A stretch of 64,000 nt of DNA from Hyphococcus sp. (GTDB lineage Bacteria > Pseudomonadota > Alphaproteobacteria > Caulobacterales > Parvularculaceae): the NCBI GenBank assembly GCA_021776375.1, contig JAJFGA010000046.1, positions 353 to 64,352 of the forward strand, written 5' to 3'. The notes under the pieces are model-generated. The model worked only from the letters and a program-made list of their open reading frames with translations. It was not told the origin of the DNA and made no database searches. How positions within the stretch are numbered: position 1 is the stretch's first letter; each line of letters opens with the position of its first letter. Below, in pieces: positions 8,839-18,224 of this stretch. The position numbers were made by a program, and so were the translations under genes.

Positions 8839-9904
8839 ACCGCGAAAATTCGAGCTCCCGACGGTTTCTGATCAATCTCAAAGATGTTAGCGCGTTATTT
8901 ACCGATTGCGGCGCCTGAATGATCGATTTGTCATTCCCAATCATTCCCCAAACCATTGTGACATGACTTTCGGCGTCAGCTAAGTCAGCCTCAAGTACTG
9001 CTTCTCTAGCAAATGCGAGGCTAGGCGAAGTCTTTACGAGTTCCTCGAACGAAGGTTCATCGTCGTTGATAAGCTCCTTTATCGACATGCGAAACTCTTT
9101 GTACTCCGTGTGCATTTTTCCGCTCAACGCTATCGGAAGCGCCGGCGGTGTAATGCTAGGACGGAGCACGTTTCGATAAAACTCTGGCGGATGACACAGT
9201 GAAAGTCGCCGGGCAGGAGAAAACGCTTCAATGCAACGAGCCGCAGCATTTAAGGCGTCTATCGCATCTTCGAAGTCATTAACTTTGACGCGTGATATTG
9301 CCACATAAATATAAGCCGCAGCGAAATGGTTCAATAACGCATGTATTTGGTGTCCTATTATCCAACGTACGAACCATCCGGTCTGCCGATCAACCGGTTT
9401 GTCGGTCGGAGAGGCGTCATCTTTTTCAAGCGAAAAAGTTTCGTCGAAACCAATGTCTTTGAGTATGCCAGAGATGGCGCGAACCAGATTTTGAAGATCT
9501 AAACCGGAAATCGGCGCTCGTGATAAATCTGAGAGTAAATTGGGGAGCAGTTTCAGGAGACCATTTCCAGCGAGACCTATATTGTCAGGTCGCGCCGCTC
9601 GGATACGAAAGTACTGATGCAAGTCAGAAGGATGGTCCAGATATAACGTTGCATCAGCTTGCGAGTGGATGTTATCGGCCATCTTGGACGCGAACCTTGC
9701 GAGTGAATTTAATTGCAACTTGGATTGTTCAGACTCATTGAAGGCATCGATCTCACCGAGCGCCCTCCAAAGAGTTGCGCCAAGTACAATAGCGCTTTCT
9801 GCGCCCTTACTCTTGGCTGATAGGAGCTTCGTTAGGTCAGCTATTGCTGGAACGTGCACGACGGGGATATCCGCTCGCTTCGCCGCGCTCATTTCGCTAA
9901 GCAT
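8792..9904 (-). CDS. Putative heme-dependent aromatic oxygenase (TyrH/LmbB2/SfmD-like) with N-terminal extension
   Basis: WFVRWIIGHQ, Y..VLRPS, LSG and H....MIG..KSIIQ resemble motifs recalled for L-tyrosine 3-hydroxylases (WFRWITGHQ, IRPSM, FSG, H..A..LV...SLL). Confidence 0.55.
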   Translation of the reverse strand: MLSEMSAAKRADIPVVHVPAIADLTKLLSAKSKGAESAIVLGATLWRALGEIDAFNESEQSKLQLNSLARFASKMADNIHSQADATLYLDHPSDLHQYFRIRAARPDNIGLAGNGLLKLLPNLLSDLSRAPISGLDLQNLVRAISGILKDIGFDETFSLEKDDASPTDKPVDRQTGWFVRWIIGHQIHALLNHFAAAYIYVAISRVKVNDFEDAIDALNAAARCIEAFSPARRLSLCHPPEFYRNVLRPSITPPALPIALSGKMHTEYKEFRMSIKELINDDEPSFEELVKTSPSLAFAREAVLEADLADAESHVTMVWGMIGNDKSIIQAPQSVNNALTSLRLIRNRRELEFSRFVRYSTQEAERSAKV

Positions 9905-9939
9905 GACGAACTCCCATGACTGGGCTCAGGATGCGAAAT

Positions 9940-10443
9940 TTATTTGGACTGAGGACTATCATCACGACGCCTCGCCAAGTCACTTATCTGATCGCCTTCC
10001 AGCCTTTGCATCACCCAGCCTGTCAGCGTTGTGGGCTCAAGATGCTGATAAAATTCAAGCGCTTTCTCGTTCCAGTCGAGCACCCACCAATCGATCCGAG
10101 CAAAATCATTCGCGATGCAATGCTGAGCCAATTTTCGAAGAAGCCCTGTTCCAACCTTATCGCCCCTGTGCGCGGGTTTCACATAAAGGTCCTGAATGAA
10201 AACCCCTGGGCGCGCAGTCCAGGATGAAAACGTCAAGTAAAAAGCAATTAGACCAACCACGGCGCCTTCTTTTTCCGCAACAAATGCACGAAGCAATCGG
10301 TTAGAGCTGAATAGAACTTCGTTAAGCGCATTGTCGTCTAGCTTTGAGCTCGCTCCCTCAAAAGTTGCAAACTCATCCAGTAGTGTTCGCACAACCGAAA
10401 CATCACTTGGGTGTACAGCACGAAAATTTAGCCCGCCATTCAT
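9940..10443 (-). CDS. GNAT N-acetyltransferase (SSAT-like)
   Basis: TFSSWTARPGVFIQDLYVKPAHRGDKVG, WVLDWNEKALEFY. Confidence 0.9.
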   Translation of the reverse strand: MNGGLNFRAVHPSDVSVVRTLLDEFATFEGASSKLDDNALNEVLFSSNRLLRAFVAEKEGAVVGLIAFYLTFSSWTARPGVFIQDLYVKPAHRGDKVGTGLLRKLAQHCIANDFARIDWWVLDWNEKALEFYQHLEPTTLTGWVMQRLEGDQISDLARRRDDSPQSK

Positions 10444-11711
10444 TCTGAGACCACCTTAAGCGTTTGCTCGAGACTATCGCAGATCTGGTCGGCTTCTACT
10501 TCTGACAGAATAAGCGGAGGGCGAAACTTAATTACGCCGCCCCTTCCGAATCGCGAAGAACGAAGAAGCAATCCGAATCGCCGTGCTTTGTCACAGATCT
10601 CCAATGCGAGGTTTGGATCTTCATTTCCTTCTCTGTCGACAACCTCCACGCCATTCATGAGGCCTACTCCTCTAACATCTGCAATGAAATCAAACTTCTG
10701 CTTCAGCTGATTGAGGCCTTCTCGTAGACGCTGACCACTCGTGCGGACATTCTGTAAGAAAATGGGATCATCAATTACACTTAGCGCAGCATTGGCTATA
10801 TGTGCCGCGAGAATATTTGCCCCGTAGGTAAATGAGAGGTCACCGGCGTCTTCAAAAATAAAGTCTTCGGTTGTCAAAACGGCAGCGATTGGCGCGCCGG
10901 CGCCGAGACCCTTCGCTACTGTCAACATATCAGGTCGAATGTCGAATGCATCAGCTGCAAACATGTGACCGGTGCGCCCAATGCCCGTCTGAACTTCATC
11001 GAAAATCAGCGGAATTTTATGTTCATCGCAAAAAAGCCGCACCGCCTCCAGATAACCGCTAGGGGGAACAATGTTTCCCCCGCTTCCCAGAATTGGCTCG
11101 ATTATGAAGGCCGCAGGTTGCGCAACACTCGCATGCTCAAGAAATTCCTCAATTCGCGAAACGCACATTAATCGACAAGCTTGTCGCTCTTGACCATAAA
11201 AACATCGTCGACAATTTGGCTCCGGCACCTTCAACGAAGGAAAAAAAACGGGCGGATATGGTGCGCGCCGGAAACTGTTGCCGGAGATGGCAGTGGTCGC
11301 GAATGTTTGCCCATGATGGGCGCGAAACAAGCTTATGATCTCTGCTCCGCCTGTTTTCCGCATCGCCATTTTAACCGCGGTTTCATTGGCGGCAGATCCG
11401 CTGCTCACTTTGAGGTGCGCGCGCGTAACACCCTCAGGAGCGGCCAAAACCAATCGCTGCGCAAGCTCGTCGATCGCGTCGGTGCGAAACCAAGATGGTA
11501 TGTGCGTCGGCACGTCGGCCGCTTCTTTGATAGCTTTAGTGACGGCTGGGTGTCGATAACCCAAGCTTAAATTGAACGTGCCAGAGGCGCAATCAAGGTA
11601 CCGGTTACCCTCTGAATCTATCGCATACACGCCTTCGCCAGTGACGATACGTGTATCTTCACGCGGATATCCAAAGTATTCGTCAATATTCAAACCGCGC
11701 CCCCAATCCAT
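10440..11711 (-). CDS. Class III PLP-dependent aminotransferase
   Basis: SGSAANETAVK, EPILGSGG, FDEVQTGIGRTG, PDMLTVAKGLG, VRGVGLM. Confidence 0.93.
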   Translation of the reverse strand: MDWGRGLNIDEYFGYPREDTRIVTGEGVYAIDSEGNRYLDCASGTFNLSLGYRHPAVTKAIKEAADVPTHIPSWFRTDAIDELAQRLVLAAPEGVTRAHLKVSSGSAANETAVKMAMRKTGGAEIISLFRAHHGQTFATTAISGNSFRRAPYPPVFFPSLKVPEPNCRRCFYGQERQACRLMCVSRIEEFLEHASVAQPAAFIIEPILGSGGNIVPPSGYLEAVRLFCDEHKIPLIFDEVQTGIGRTGHMFAADAFDIRPDMLTVAKGLGAGAPIAAVLTTEDFIFEDAGDLSFTYGANILAAHIANAALSVIDDPIFLQNVRTSGQRLREGLNQLKQKFDFIADVRGVGLMNGVEVVDREGNEDPNLALEICDKARRFGLLLRSSRFGRGGVIKFRPPLILSEVEADQICDSLEQTLKVVSE

Positions 11712-11744
11712 TCAAGTGAAAAACACCAGCTCTGTATCTTGTTC

Positions 11745-12307
11745 GTGTCCGTCCGGTGACGACCGCTATCAGCTTACCGCCTCGAAGCGCCAGAGCAAGA
11801 GTTCATCGATTTTATTGATCTGGTGATCGCCGATGCGTGCGAGGACGTCGGTGAGCCTGGCCTTTGGGTTGACGCCGTTGAGCTTGGCGGTCTCGATGAG
11901 GGAGTGGATCGCGGCGGCGCGCGTCCCGCCAGCGTCGGATCCGACGAACATATAGTTCTTTCGGCCCAGGGCCATTCCTTTCACGGACCGTTCCGCCGTG
12001 TTGTTATCAAGTTCACAAACGCCGCTCTCAAGATAAGGCCCCATGCGGTTCATACGCGAGATGGCGTAGCGGATCGCTTGCGCCAGCGCCGACTTCCGGG
12101 AAGCCCGAAAGGCACATGCCCTGGCCGTCCCACCACAAAACCTTCAACGGTTCCTGAAATAATATGAATAAGTGACCCATACAAAGGGGGCTGGACAATA
12201 CCGTCCCAACCACGTGGCAGACGGCAGCGATCTATCGGCCGCCGAAGTCCAACAGATCTGTCAAAGTGCAACGGTTGCAGCACTAGAGTGAGCCCGCAGG
12301 GGCTTAC
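11745..12307 (-). mobile_element. Internally deleted IS66-family relic
   Basis: TnpC C-terminus (LDNNTAERSVK..LGRKNYMF..SLIETAKLNG, 11769-12053), a TnpB scrap (KVLWWDGQGMCL, ~12110-12150), a GTAAGC-type end at 12307 and a degenerate end at 11745. Confidence 0.8.
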
Positions 12308-12423
12308 GCGCTCCGTCACTACCGAAAACTTAGTTTGATAAAGGACGTGTCCTACGTTTTGTAATGACCGCTAATGCGTGTATTGCCGTCAATTATTTCG
12401 GGGCTGCGGTACGACAATTCATC

Positions 12424-12728
12424 GCCATTTTGCGAGACCTCCCCACTCCGGCTTTATGTCTATAATGCGCGCCAATTTTGCCATTCGTAATCAGACGAAA
12501 GTGCCTTCCAAACCCAACAGATCTTTCTTCGATTGGCCTAGCGGGCCGATTGAGTTCGGCGTGCGAGTTCGAGTCCCTGTTTCGGACTCGAACTCCCGCC
12601 CCAAAACAGGCCGTAATTTTTGGGTAACAAATTGGCATACATTTTGGATAACATTCCGTACTCGGAATAATGTTAACTGATTGTTTTTGTTATATTTTAT
12701 AAAATCGTTATCTCTGCTTCTCGGGCGT
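12424..12728 (+). repeat. ~300-bp non-coding direct repeat, copy A
   Basis: Aligns nearly without gaps to 18356-18658 (offset 5932); contains the 12-7-12 palindrome (12565-12595) and an arm-like triplet (12617-12655). Confidence 0.9.
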
Positions 12729-12938
12729 CAAAAGGCCAATAGTGACGTAAAAAAGCCAGAATTCAAACATTCAAATCAGACGTATCAATGTCGCATTCGG
12801 GCCAGAAATGCTTATCCAACCCTACGAATCCTGATGTCTGGTTTGCCCGCAATTCCCCCGTTAACGCGCAAATGATTGACCGTCATGTTCTCGCAGAAGC
12901 AGAATTTCGCGACGCCGAAGACGAATGACTGGTATTGA

Positions 12939-13418
12939 TCAGTAAGAGTCTTTCGAAACCTCATTCAGCTGTTCAAGCCAGATTTGGTGAAACTTATGCA
13001 TTCGCCCCGGCATCAAAGCCTTCGCGATACTGGGAATGAAGCCGTTCTGAGTTTCCTCTGTCACGACGTAGCAGCCCTGTGGTTGCGGTGAAATTAACCA
13101 AGCGTGGTACACGGACATACCGAAGGACTCTGATGACCAGGCCAATCGCTCCGTCGGCTGGAATTCCTCAACTGTGCACTCGATTGTCATTCCAAAGGTT
13201 TTCCAGCGAAAACGCGTTCCGAGTTCAAGTGTATCGCTCGCTGCATCCAACAGTCTCACATTCGATGCGTTCGGATACCAGTCCGGCCAATCTGTCGCAC
13301 GAATAAGATAGCTCCATACCGCTTCACTGGACGCATCCATCTGCAAGCTATTGACGACGTGAACAGCACTAGCGTCCGGATAGTATCTTTCTGGCCAATT
13401 GATGTCATTTGAGGCCAT
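12939..13418 (-). CDS. SRPBCC/polyketide cyclase family protein
   Basis: INWPERY, VWSYLIRATDWPDWY, FRWKTFG, VYHAWLI, VTEETQNG; GGAGGG RBS before ATG 13418. Confidence 0.88.
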   Translation of the reverse strand: MASNDINWPERYYPDASAVHVVNSLQMDASSEAVWSYLIRATDWPDWYPNASNVRLLDAASDTLELGTRFRWKTFGMTIECTVEEFQPTERLAWSSESFGMSVYHAWLISPQPQGCYVVTEETQNGFIPSIAKALMPGRMHKFHQIWLEQLNEVSKDSY

Positions 13419-13564
13419 GCACAACTTCCCTCCGTACGCGCCAAGGTCAATGCCCACTTATAACACACCACATTCATTCTTATGTGGCTTACGACTGCAT
13501 CGCTCGTCCGCTTTGACGCCAAAACCGGGCGCTAATTGCCATTGCCGCAGAGTTCACGCAGGCG

Positions 13565-13775
13565 CTGCGGCGTTGGTCTGATATTGCTCACTGTTCCTTC
13601 TGATTTCGTAATCCGTGATTTTGATTTGTCCCCCTTCGCAGACAGGCTAGACGCTTCGGCGATCCGGTTATCAATTTCATACTGCTTCGCGAACGGATCG
13701 TTCACGATCGCTCGCTCCACTCCTTCAAGCCGTTTGATTTCGTCGCGGACGCGGGCGGCGTCTGTAAAACCTCCA
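13565..13775 (-). pseudogene. uvrB: Fragment of a uvrB 3' end (UVR domain and tail)
   Basis: FTDAARVRDEIKRLEGVERAIVNDPFAKQ...[20 protein letters not shown] aligns with this window's UvrB tail [29 protein letters not shown]...[20 protein letters not shown]. Confidence 0.85.
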
Positions 13776-13913
13776 TCGGCGGGACGCAGGTCGTGAAATG
13801 CAGCGTGATTGCGCCGAATAACGCGAGACAGTATTATTCGTTTTGTGGTAGTCGATTCAATACGCATGTTGCGTAACGCAAATCCGAAAAAACAATCCGC
13901 TGGAGGATAGAAA

Positions 13914-14645
13914 ATGTCGACGAAAACGCCTCGAACACGTTTCAAATCAACCGGTCTTGCTGTTTCTTTGGGGGCGATGGTTGCTTCATACGCAGGCTCG
14001 GCGTCCGCAGATCCGCCTTGCAGTTTTTTCAAAGATTTATCGCAAACGCAGCGCAACGCCTATCGGACCGATGCGGCGACTAATGGCGGTTATGTTTTCG
14101 CGTTTCGTCATTCCAACAAGACGAACCAAACCAGCCCGCCGAATGAGGGACTGACGCAAAGCGGCAAAGACGCTGCGACCGCCGCGCATCAAGAGCTTCA
14201 TTTTGCATTAAACCCGCCTGGCGCCGTTGACGTTTGGGAGATGTTATACCCGCCCAACAAACGCGTGACACAAACCCGTGTTGCGGTCATGCGAGGCTGC
14301 GATGTCGACAGATTGCCGTGTACGGCGCGGCGCAATGTTACTTCTTTTCCACGAAATCAAGATTTCCGACCGCATATTGGCAGTGGTCATGCAGCGATTG
14401 GCGACAAGAATATATTTGTATTCGCCAACAGCAGTTCCATGAGCGCGTATGGCTCCGCCCCGCAAATCAGTTGCCTTGAGGGAATTGTCTACAAAGCAGA
14501 CACCGTTTCAGGGACGGGCCCTTTTAAATGCTACCGCTTCTTTCCGGCTGAGTGGGCCGCCGCCGATCCAGCAAACGCGACCTTGCCGGCGTGGGCGCGA
14601 AAACCGAGCGATACGAGCGTCAATCCATCGGCTGAATGCCACTGA
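13914..14645 (+). CDS. Secreted histidine phosphatase-superfamily-like protein
   Basis: Signal peptide (ASA-DP); FRHSNK, GLTQSG and RVTQT motifs; several Cys. Confidence 0.6.
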   Translation: MSTKTPRTRFKSTGLAVSLGAMVASYAGSASADPPCSFFKDLSQTQRNAYRTDAATNGGYVFAFRHSNKTNQTSPPNEGLTQSGKDAATAAHQELHFALNPPGAVDVWEMLYPPNKRVTQTRVAVMRGCDVDRLPCTARRNVTSFPRNQDFRPHIGSGHAAIGDKNIFVFANSSSMSAYGSAPQISCLEGIVYKADTVSGTGPFKCYRFFPAEWAAADPANATLPAWARKPSDTSVNPSAECH

Positions 14646-14969
14646 CAACGGTTGGCTAACGTAACGGTAGTTTTGGGTTGACGCTTGTTTCTCGATACCG
14701 CCGCCGCGGGGCGCAATTCCCAGCGTATGTTGAATGACGTTTTAAGAGATAACAATTGCCGTTCATGGTTCTGGAGTGAAGGGCTTCAAAGGGCCAAAGG
14801 CGGACGTTCAGCCTAGAGATTTTTACGACTGCAACGCGCGCAAGATCGGAAATAGCCGGTCCTAGCGGTCCAAACACTTGTTTCACCTCGCTGAATTCAA
14901 AAACTATTGTCTTAGTTTTTCGTCGTGTTAATGTTTTGACAATGTTGGAGTTTACTGGGGAGACTCTTG

Positions 14970-15524
14970 ATGATCTACCAATACAAAACTACTATTTTTG
15001 CTGCATTCCTGTTTCTGGCAGGGTGTGCGGGCGTGTCGGTAAAAGACGTATCTACTGTCCGCGCTGATAACAAAGCGGACGGTTTTCGATATTACGAGAA
15101 ATCCGCATTTCTAATAATTACCCCTGACGGAAAAGGCGGTCTCGAAACAAAAGTTGAATTTATTTGCGATACAAGCAGGAAGCGGGCGGCTGATCCCTAT
15201 GCAATCCTCGCCAACAACAAATCAACTCTATCCTTCGACAAGGGCTGCCTGACTGGAACTGAAACAACTATCGACGAAACGCCGTTGCCGAAGGCCGTGG
15301 TTGAAGCGGTAAAAACTGTTGCGGGCGCGGCTTTGAACGCTTTTCTGGATAACGCTGAAACGCCGCCCGAAGAAAAGGCGTTCCCGGGGCCGGCTATCTA
15401 TCGATTATCCATTGAAAACGGCGCGGTCGTATTGCGCGGCGATTCCCGCCAAGAACCAATTTACGCCACGATTTCTCAGCCTGTGAAGAAAGAAGAATCA
15501 TCAGCGTCGGGAGTCAGCCAATGA
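14970..15524 (+). CDS. Hypothetical lipoprotein
   Basis: Lipobox LAGC; DGFRYY motif; first gene of a coupled three-gene operon. Confidence 0.75.
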   Translation: MIYQYKTTIFAAFLFLAGCAGVSVKDVSTVRADNKADGFRYYEKSAFLIITPDGKGGLETKVEFICDTSRKRAADPYAILANNKSTLSFDKGCLTGTETTIDETPLPKAVVEAVKTVAGAALNAFLDNAETPPEEKAFPGPAIYRLSIENGAVVLRGDSRQEPIYATISQPVKKEESSASGVSQ

Positions 15525-16669
15525 TCAAGGAATTGCCTCGAAAACTCTTTGTGCTTACTGCCTTAGCATCGCTAATCGGCGGCTGCTCGACATTCGTAAC
15601 CAGCAAGCGCGAGGATGCCAAGAAGACTGGCTTTACGTATTCGCTTCCAATACCGGCTTTGCTTGCGACGCCAAAAAGTGACGGCACAGTTAAAACTGAA
15701 ATTGTTTATCTCCCCGATCCGCAAAACCGCTATTATTATAAGGCGAGGTCTTTTATTTCGAGCTACACGCTCAAAGTCGAACTTGAAAACGGCAATCTAT
15801 TAAAATCGGTATCCCTCGATGCAAAAGGCGGCGACGTGGCCGTTGAGGCGGTAAAAGCATCAGGCGCGATCGGCAAAGCCGCAATTGATGCAGAGGCTGC
15901 TAATCGCGCCGAGTCTGAAAAGGAAGAAAAAGCAATTTTGGAGCGCGTGCGACTTGCACAACTTGCCGTGGAAAAGGCGCAGGCAAAAGCCGATACATTG
16001 AAGGAATTGGCTGGCGAAAACCCGACCGCCGAGCAAACTGCCATGATTCATGCAGCGAAAATCGAGCTTGCCATTGCGAAAGCGGAACGCGACGCTGCCG
16101 TGGAAGGCGCGCCGGCGGTCGCCAACAGCCTTCTAGATGCTCCCGAGACTCCCGATTGCGCTTGGGGACCTGTGCTTTATCGCATTGAGATGAATGAGAA
16201 TTCTGTTTGGCTAGAACGCATGCCATTCATGGACGGTGCAAATACTATTGCTTCGGCCAATTCTGGCTGTGGAAACGTATCAAACAAACAACGTCAATTT
16301 AGTACTTCGCGGGTTGGGATTCCTCCTGACACACCCACGCCGGCAGCGAAGGAACCAAGCTTCGAATTCGACGGCAGCCGCGTATTGACGCAAGGTGATA
16401 ACAGTCGCTATGAATTCACGCTGAAAGTTAAAGATGGTCCTGTTGGATCCATTGACGCACAGTCTTCCGTGCTTTCATTGACGGTTGCTGGCGGAACCAA
16501 TCAGCGGGTTAATTCAATTCCCACATATACACGCCAAACCGATCCGGAACGCCTTACTGTGTCCTTACCTGCGGGCCTAGGGACCGGCAAATACAGCCTC
16601 ACGTTTCAGTATAAATACGCAGGCGACACGAAGGATGCTGTTGCAGAAGTCGAGTTTGAGATTCCCTAG
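15521..16669 (+). CDS. Hypothetical lipoprotein with coiled coil and C-terminal Ig-like domain
   Basis: Lipobox IGGC; N-domain resembles the previous gene (TGFTYSLP..TPKSDG.VKTEIVYL); ATGA overlap. Confidence 0.75.
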   Translation: MIKELPRKLFVLTALASLIGGCSTFVTSKREDAKKTGFTYSLPIPALLATPKSDGTVKTEIVYLPDPQNRYYYKARSFISSYTLKVELENGNLLKSVSLDAKGGDVAVEAVKASGAIGKAAIDAEAANRAESEKEEKAILERVRLAQLAVEKAQAKADTLKELAGENPTAEQTAMIHAAKIELAIAKAERDAAVEGAPAVANSLLDAPETPDCAWGPVLYRIEMNENSVWLERMPFMDGANTIASANSGCGNVSNKQRQFSTSRVGIPPDTPTPAAKEPSFEFDGSRVLTQGDNSRYEFTLKVKDGPVGSIDAQSSVLSLTVAGGTNQRVNSIPTYTRQTDPERLTVSLPAGLGTGKYSLTFQYKYAGDTKDAVAEVEFEIP

Positions 16670-18120
16670 TGCCAAATTTGACCTGCGTGCTGGCGAGGAT
16701 CGACGACAAGCATGACGCACCGCGTTTCTTCGAAAACGTAGCACCGCGAATAAAAAAGACATTCACTGACGCATCAGACGGCGCGATAAACTTGGACATC
16801 GTCGACCGCACCGATGAAGCGCCGACCCATCGCCCGAATTCGCCGCTTGCGGGAAGACATTTTGCGCTAGATCTCCATCGTGAATTACGATTTTACGCGG
16901 CAAATCCACTTGACCAGCCTGTCGAGACAGTCGTCGCACTTTATGGCGGCGTCTATCATCACAATGATAGCCCATATGGAATGATGTTCGACCCAGGATT
17001 TATCCCGGATGCCGGCGAATTGTTTTTGAATAAACCGCACTTGGAAGGTCGGCCCCGGGAAGGCTGCGCGATCTTTCTCGGCGCGATTGAACGCGATCGG
17101 AAAGTGGATCCCGATTTGTTATGGGACCAATTCGAACAACAAACGACATTTACTACAATTCACGAATTGGGCCACGTATTCAATTTGCCGCACAAAAAAC
17201 CGCCGATAAATTATATGAGTCAAAGTGACCGGCGCAGTGTGTACAATCCCAATTTCCACGAATTTATTCCAGAACACGAGACCCGCCTTTCACGAGGAAA
17301 ATCCAGCAAATCTGTGTGGCCGGGCGGCAGCAAATTCGGCGATTCGGGTTTCCTCGACGACCATTCCGATTGCAATTGGAACACTAAATCAAAAATGATC
17401 GATGATTTGAGATTTGAGATTTCGATCTCGCGCGATCATGCCCGATATTTTGAACCGTTCGAGCTTGACATGCGACTGCGGGTTAAACGGGGGTCAACGA
17501 AAACATACCGAATTTCCGACATTGTCGACCCGGGGTATGACCAATTCCGTATTTTCATCGAAGAACCCACCGGCGAACGGCGTTTGTACAAAAGCCCGCG
17601 CCACTATTGCCCGCACGAAAAATTCCTGACCATTGGGCCTAGCAGAGAGTTTCGGCGCGACATAAGTATTTTCGGCGAGTCTGGGGGATACACATTTCGC
17701 CGCGCAGGCGTCCATCGCATTTGGGCGGAGATTCATTTGGGGCGGCGCGGCGTACTCACGTCAAACAAAATTGGGATAGAAATCGAACTTGAGCGATCGG
17801 AGTCCCGAAAAGACCAAGACGTTCGAATTGCTTTGACAAGAATGGCGTCTGCCAACGTGTTGTATCACCGATTGGATCGGCACCATGGCAACGGAACCAA
17901 GACGCTGGTGTCGCTTCTTGAAAGCTATGCCGACATTCCCACCGCCGGCGCGATTCAATATTCGGTGGGTCGCGCCCTATTGGAGCCGAGCGTACGAATT
18001 CAAGAGAAGCGCAAACAACGCGGAATGGCATGTTTTGAAGAAGCATTGAAAAATCCAAATCAATTGAGCGTCAGACAGATAGAAATCGCTGAGAAATGCT
18101 TAGGGGACGCAACAAATTGA
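16669..18120 (+). CDS. Zinc metalloprotease (metzincin-like)
   Basis: TIHELGHVFNLPH zinc motif followed by a NYMS Met-turn; GTG start overlaps the upstream stop. Confidence 0.8.
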   Translation: MPNLTCVLARIDDKHDAPRFFENVAPRIKKTFTDASDGAINLDIVDRTDEAPTHRPNSPLAGRHFALDLHRELRFYAANPLDQPVETVVALYGGVYHHNDSPYGMMFDPGFIPDAGELFLNKPHLEGRPREGCAIFLGAIERDRKVDPDLLWDQFEQQTTFTTIHELGHVFNLPHKKPPINYMSQSDRRSVYNPNFHEFIPEHETRLSRGKSSKSVWPGGSKFGDSGFLDDHSDCNWNTKSKMIDDLRFEISISRDHARYFEPFELDMRLRVKRGSTKTYRISDIVDPGYDQFRIFIEEPTGERRLYKSPRHYCPHEKFLTIGPSREFRRDISIFGESGGYTFRRAGVHRIWAEIHLGRRGVLTSNKIGIEIELERSESRKDQDVRIALTRMASANVLYHRLDRHHGNGTKTLVSLLESYADIPTAGAIQYSVGRALLEPSVRIQEKRKQRGMACFEEALKNPNQLSVRQIEIAEKCLGDATN

Positions 18121-18224
18121 GCATTTCTAATTGAAATTTTTCAATCGCCGCGCGGCATTCTATAGAAAATAGAGTCAATTGGAAAAGAATGTGATTTAAA
18201 ATTACTGCACTCCAAGCCATGCTA

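Noticed and set aside
12378-12875. Short ORFs over the 300-bp repeat
   Set aside because: Not preserved as ORFs in the second repeat copy and no recognisable motifs.
13532-14056. 174-aa ORF as a real gene
   Set aside because: Its N-terminal part is antisense to the 13914 gene; only the uvrB-like tail has support.
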